NCBI GenBank assembly: GCA_950097015.1
Contig: CATNEN010000039.1
Coordinates: 1,116,001 to 1,180,000 of the forward strand
Origin: Macrostomum hystrix
Taxonomy: Eukaryota > Animalia > Platyhelminthes
Reading direction: 5' to 3'
DNA: 64,000 bases
The notes under the pieces are model-generated. The model was not told the DNA's origin. It made no database searches and was given only the letters and a program-made list of their open reading frames with translations. Below are positions 60,196 to 64,000 of the stretch, one piece after another. Position numbers and translations under genes: made by a program. The stretch's first letter is position 1. The number at the start of each line of letters is the position of its first letter.

Positions 60196-62584
60196 CTGAC
60201 TGCGCGACAACTGACTGCGCGACAACTGCCTGCAGCGACAACTGCCTGCACGACAACTGCCTGCAGTGACAACTGCCTGCAGTGACAACTGCCTGCAGTG
60301 ACAACTGCCTGCGCGACAACTGCCTGCAGCGACAACTGCCTGCAGCGACAACTGCCTGCACGACAACTGCCTGCAGTGACAACTGCCTGCAGCGACAACT
60401 GCCTGCACGACAACTGCCTGCAGCGACAACTGCCTGCACGACAACTGCCTGCAGTGACAACTGCCTGCAGCGAAAACTGCCTGCGGCGACGACTGCCTGC
60501 GCGACAACTGCCTGCGCGACAACTGCCTGCGCGACAACTGCCTTCACGACAACTGCCTGCGCGACAACTGCCTGCACGACAACTGCCTTCACGACAACTG
60601 CCTGCAGCGACAACTGCCTGCACGACAACTGCCTGCACGACAACTGCCTGCACGACAACTGCCTGCACGACAACTGCCTGCACGACAACTGCCTTCACGA
60701 CAACTGCCTGCAGCGACAACTGCCTGCACGACAACTGCCTTCACGACAACTGCCTGCAGCGACAACTGCCTTCACGACAACTGCCTGCAGTGACAACTGC
60801 CTGCAGTGACAACTGCCTGCAGCGAAAACTGCCTGCGGCGACGACTGCCTGCGCGACAACTGCCTGCGCGACAACTGCCTGCACGACAACTGCCTTCACG
60901 ACAACTGCCTGCGCGACAACTGCCTGCACGACAACTGCCTTCACGACAACTGCCTGCAGCGACAACTGCCTGCAGCGACAACTGCCTGCACGACAACTGC
61001 CTGCAGCGACAACTGCCTGCACGACAACTGCCTGCAGTGACAACTGCCTTCACGACAACTGCCTGCAGCGACAACTGCCTGCAGCGACAACTGCCTTCAC
61101 GACAACTGCCTGCAGCGACAACTGCCTGCACGACAACTGCCTGCAGCGACAACTGCCTTCACGACAACTGCCTGCAGCGACAACTGCCTGCAGCGACAAC
61201 TGCCTGCACGACAACTGCCTGCACGACAACTGCCTTCACGACAACTGCCTGCAGCGACAACTGCCTGCGCGACAACTGCCTGCGCGACAACTGCTTGCGC
61301 GACAACTGCCTGCGCGACAACTGCCTGCGCGACAACTGCCTGCGCGACAACTGCCTGCGCGACAACTGCCTGCGCGACAACTGCCTGCACGACAACTGCC
61401 TTCACGACAACTGCCTGCGCGACAACTGCCTGCACGACAACTGCCTTCACGACAACTGCCTGCGCGACAACTGCCTGCACGACAACTGCCTGCAGCGACA
61501 ACTGCCTGCACGACAACTGCCTGCGCGACAACTGCCTGCACGACAACTGCCTGCACGACAACTGCCTTCACGACAACTGCCTGCACGACAACTGCCTTCA
61601 CGACAACTGCCTGCGCGACAACTGCCTGCACGACAACTGCCTTCACGACAACTGCCTGCAGCGACAACTGCCTGCACGACAACTGCCTGCAGCGACAACT
61701 GCCTGCAGCGACAACTGCCTGCACGACAACTGCCTGCAGTGACAACTGCCTTCACGACAACTGCCTGCAGCGACAACTGCCTGCACGACAACTGCCTGCA
61801 CGACAACTGCCTTCACGACAACTGCCTGCAGCGACAACTGCCTGCACGACAACTGCCTTCACGACAACTGCCTGCAGTGACAACTGCCTTCACGACAACT
61901 GCCTGCAGCGACAACTGCCTGCAGTGACAACTGCCTGCAGTGACAACTGCCTGCAGCGAAAACTGCCTGCGGCGACGACTGCCTGCGCGACAACTGCCTT
62001 CACGACAACTGCCTGCACGACAACTGCCTTCACGACAACTGCCTGCAGCGACAACTGCCTGCGCGACAACTGCCTGCACGACAACTGCCTTCACGACAAC
62101 TGCCTGCAGCGACAACTGCCTGCACGACAACTGCCTTCACGACAACTGCCTGCAGCGACAACTGCCTGCGCGACAACTGCCTGCACGACAACTGCCTTCA
62201 GCGAAAACTGCCTGCGGCGACGACTGCCTGCGCGACAACTGCCTTCACGACAACTGCCTGCACGACAACTGCCTTCACGACAACTGCCTGCAGCGACAAC
62301 TGCCTGCGCGACAACTGCCTGCACGACAACTGCCTTCACGACAACTGCCTGCAGCGACAACTGCCTGCACGACAACTGCCTTCACGACAACTGCCTGCAG
62401 CGACAACTGCCTGCGCGACAACTGCCTGCACGACAACTGCCTTCACGACAACTGCCTGCAGCGACAACTGCCTGCACGACAACTGCCTGCAGTGACAACT
62501 GCCTGCAGCGAAAACTGCCTGCGGCGACGACTGCCTGCGCGACAATTGCCTGCACGACAGCTGCCTGCACGACAACTGCCTGCA
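60180..62584. repeat. Minisatellite, 15/16-bp units ACAACTGCCTGCACG / ACAACTGCCTGCAGCG
   Basis: About 155 copies abutting the SINE 5' end. Confidence 0.97.
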
Positions 62585-63665
62585 TTTCGTTAATGACGTT
62601 TACATGTAGGTGGCAGTGAATTAAACCAATTCTCTATAAGTATTATGGTACTTTGTGGCATTGATTTATTGCTGCTTCCTTTTTTAACGTTAAAAACTGC
62701 TGGTGCTGGTGGTATGGAAACTACCATCATTAGTGCCCACTGCCCACCCCAGAAGACGACTGCAGCAAGCACAAGAGCAGCAATTGGCGAAGAAACAGCG
62801 AAGAGGTCAGGGAAGGCTGCAAAGCACTCCCCCCGAGTATATTTCAGCCCGATTAAAAGAAAACATTCAAGCAATATTGACAACTGTTAAAACGGTTTAA
62901 AGCAGGATACTAGAAAAGCAGGAAACAAAAAAAACTTTTCAATTGCCAAGCGACAGACAGCGAGCCCAGAGAGCCCACCTCGGAGCATAAAACCCCGCCA
63001 CGCAGCCCACCCCAAACACCGGGGGTGGGGGAAGCCGCGGGGGGCAGGGGTGGGCAGCGTACACAAACGCCAGTTAGCGCAGCCCGCGCAAACTAGTCAA
63101 CAGACCCATGATGGCAGATAGCTTCAATTGAAAAACTTTCTAATCTCTGCATGGCCAAAGATCATTGTCATCCTGTTCAAGTTCCATCTGTTGTTGCTGT
63201 CGTAGAATTATTCTCATTGTCATTGCCCATGGCCATGTCAATGTGACAATGTCACCACCACCAGTCAGTCAGTCATCACTCACTAGTCGAATATGTCAAG
63301 TGATGTGAGATGAGATCAGAGATGTCACTATAGGATAACTAAATTACTACAATATGTCACTTCACTAGTCACTACTTACTAAAGAAAGGCTAATTGCAGT
63401 TCAATTTATTGGTGTAGTGTAGTCCACTGGCAATCAATTACTGGTTAGTTGATTGATTAATGACTTGAATTTCTTTGAATTTGTAAAATAATGTTTATAT
63501 AAATTTAAATTTAAACTTTTTTACGGATTTACGTACTTTCGCATTAGAGAAAAAAAGAGCAAAAATATTACAATTTTTAGCAAAAAATGTCTTTTTGATG
63601 ATTAAAAAATACATATTTTTTCTGTTTATTGCCTTTTCGTGGTTTTAAATTCAGCATTTGTTAAA

Positions 63666-63903
63666 AGTATCGGACTATTGAGTATCGGACTATTGAGTAT
63701 CGGACTATTGAGTATCGGACTATTGAGTATCGGACTATTGAGTATCGGACTATTGAGTATCGGAGTACCGAATATGATAAAAGCATCGCTCGATACCATA
63801 GTCCGATACCGTCAAAAAAGTATCGAGGTCCGATACTCCGGTACCCAAATTGTATCGTCGATAGTATCGGAGTATCGGAGTATCGGACCTGTGCCCAACA
63901 CTG
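63666..63903. mobile_element. Probable right end of a non-autonomous hAT-like DNA element
   Basis: GAGTATCGGACTATT tandem plus inverted CCGATAC subterminal motifs ending in GTGCCCAACACTG (reverse complement CAGTGTTGGGCAC); matching left end not found. Confidence 0.35.
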
Positions 63904-64000
63904 TAGAGTACTAAGAAGTTGGATCTTGTCAAAGCACATAGAGAGTATCCTAGCATCTAAAACTACATTGGTTCAGCGACGAATATACTGTATGCATACT

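Noticed and set aside
800-62619. Long track ORFs of periodic peptides (e.g. 3389-4770, 4956-6293, 7558-10350, 31891-32946, 43350-44917, 46347-47624, 60298-62619)
   Set aside because: They are translations of stop-free minisatellites, often open in several frames, and lie in introns or spacers of recognisable genes

Overview
Eukaryotic, intron-containing animal DNA, not prokaryotic. GC-rich exons separated by minisatellite-filled introns and spacers suggest a free-living flatworm such as Macrostomum (inference; taxon cannot be proven from this window). I built gene models by hand from GT-AG junctions and checked reading phase. The + strand holds the 3' part of a tetraspanin. The - strand holds co-oriented genes in two compact blocks. 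Block B (35.6 to 5.0 kb): NAA40, HAAO, GATB, GUCD1, a 942-aa multi-RRM-like orphan, SFXN2, COA6. Block A (54.2 to 41.6 kb): MOSPD2, CCDC138-like, a 96-aa single-pass orphan. A possible 70-aa orphan lies between the blocks. Most of these genes have an unpaired splice acceptor 3-40 nt before the ATG, and NAA40 has no ATG at its acceptor. This fits SL trans-spliced operons in which the leader can donate the start codon. About 33 different minisatellite arrays sit almost entirely in introns and intergenic spacers of the gene blocks. Several are amplified copies of the adjacent functional boundary: splice acceptors of SFXN2 and MOSPD2, the HAAO stop codon, and a SINE 5' end. The gene-poor regions instead carry mariner elements, LINE and SINE remnants and a candidate structured ncRNA. 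Most long ORFs in the supplied track are repeat artefacts.
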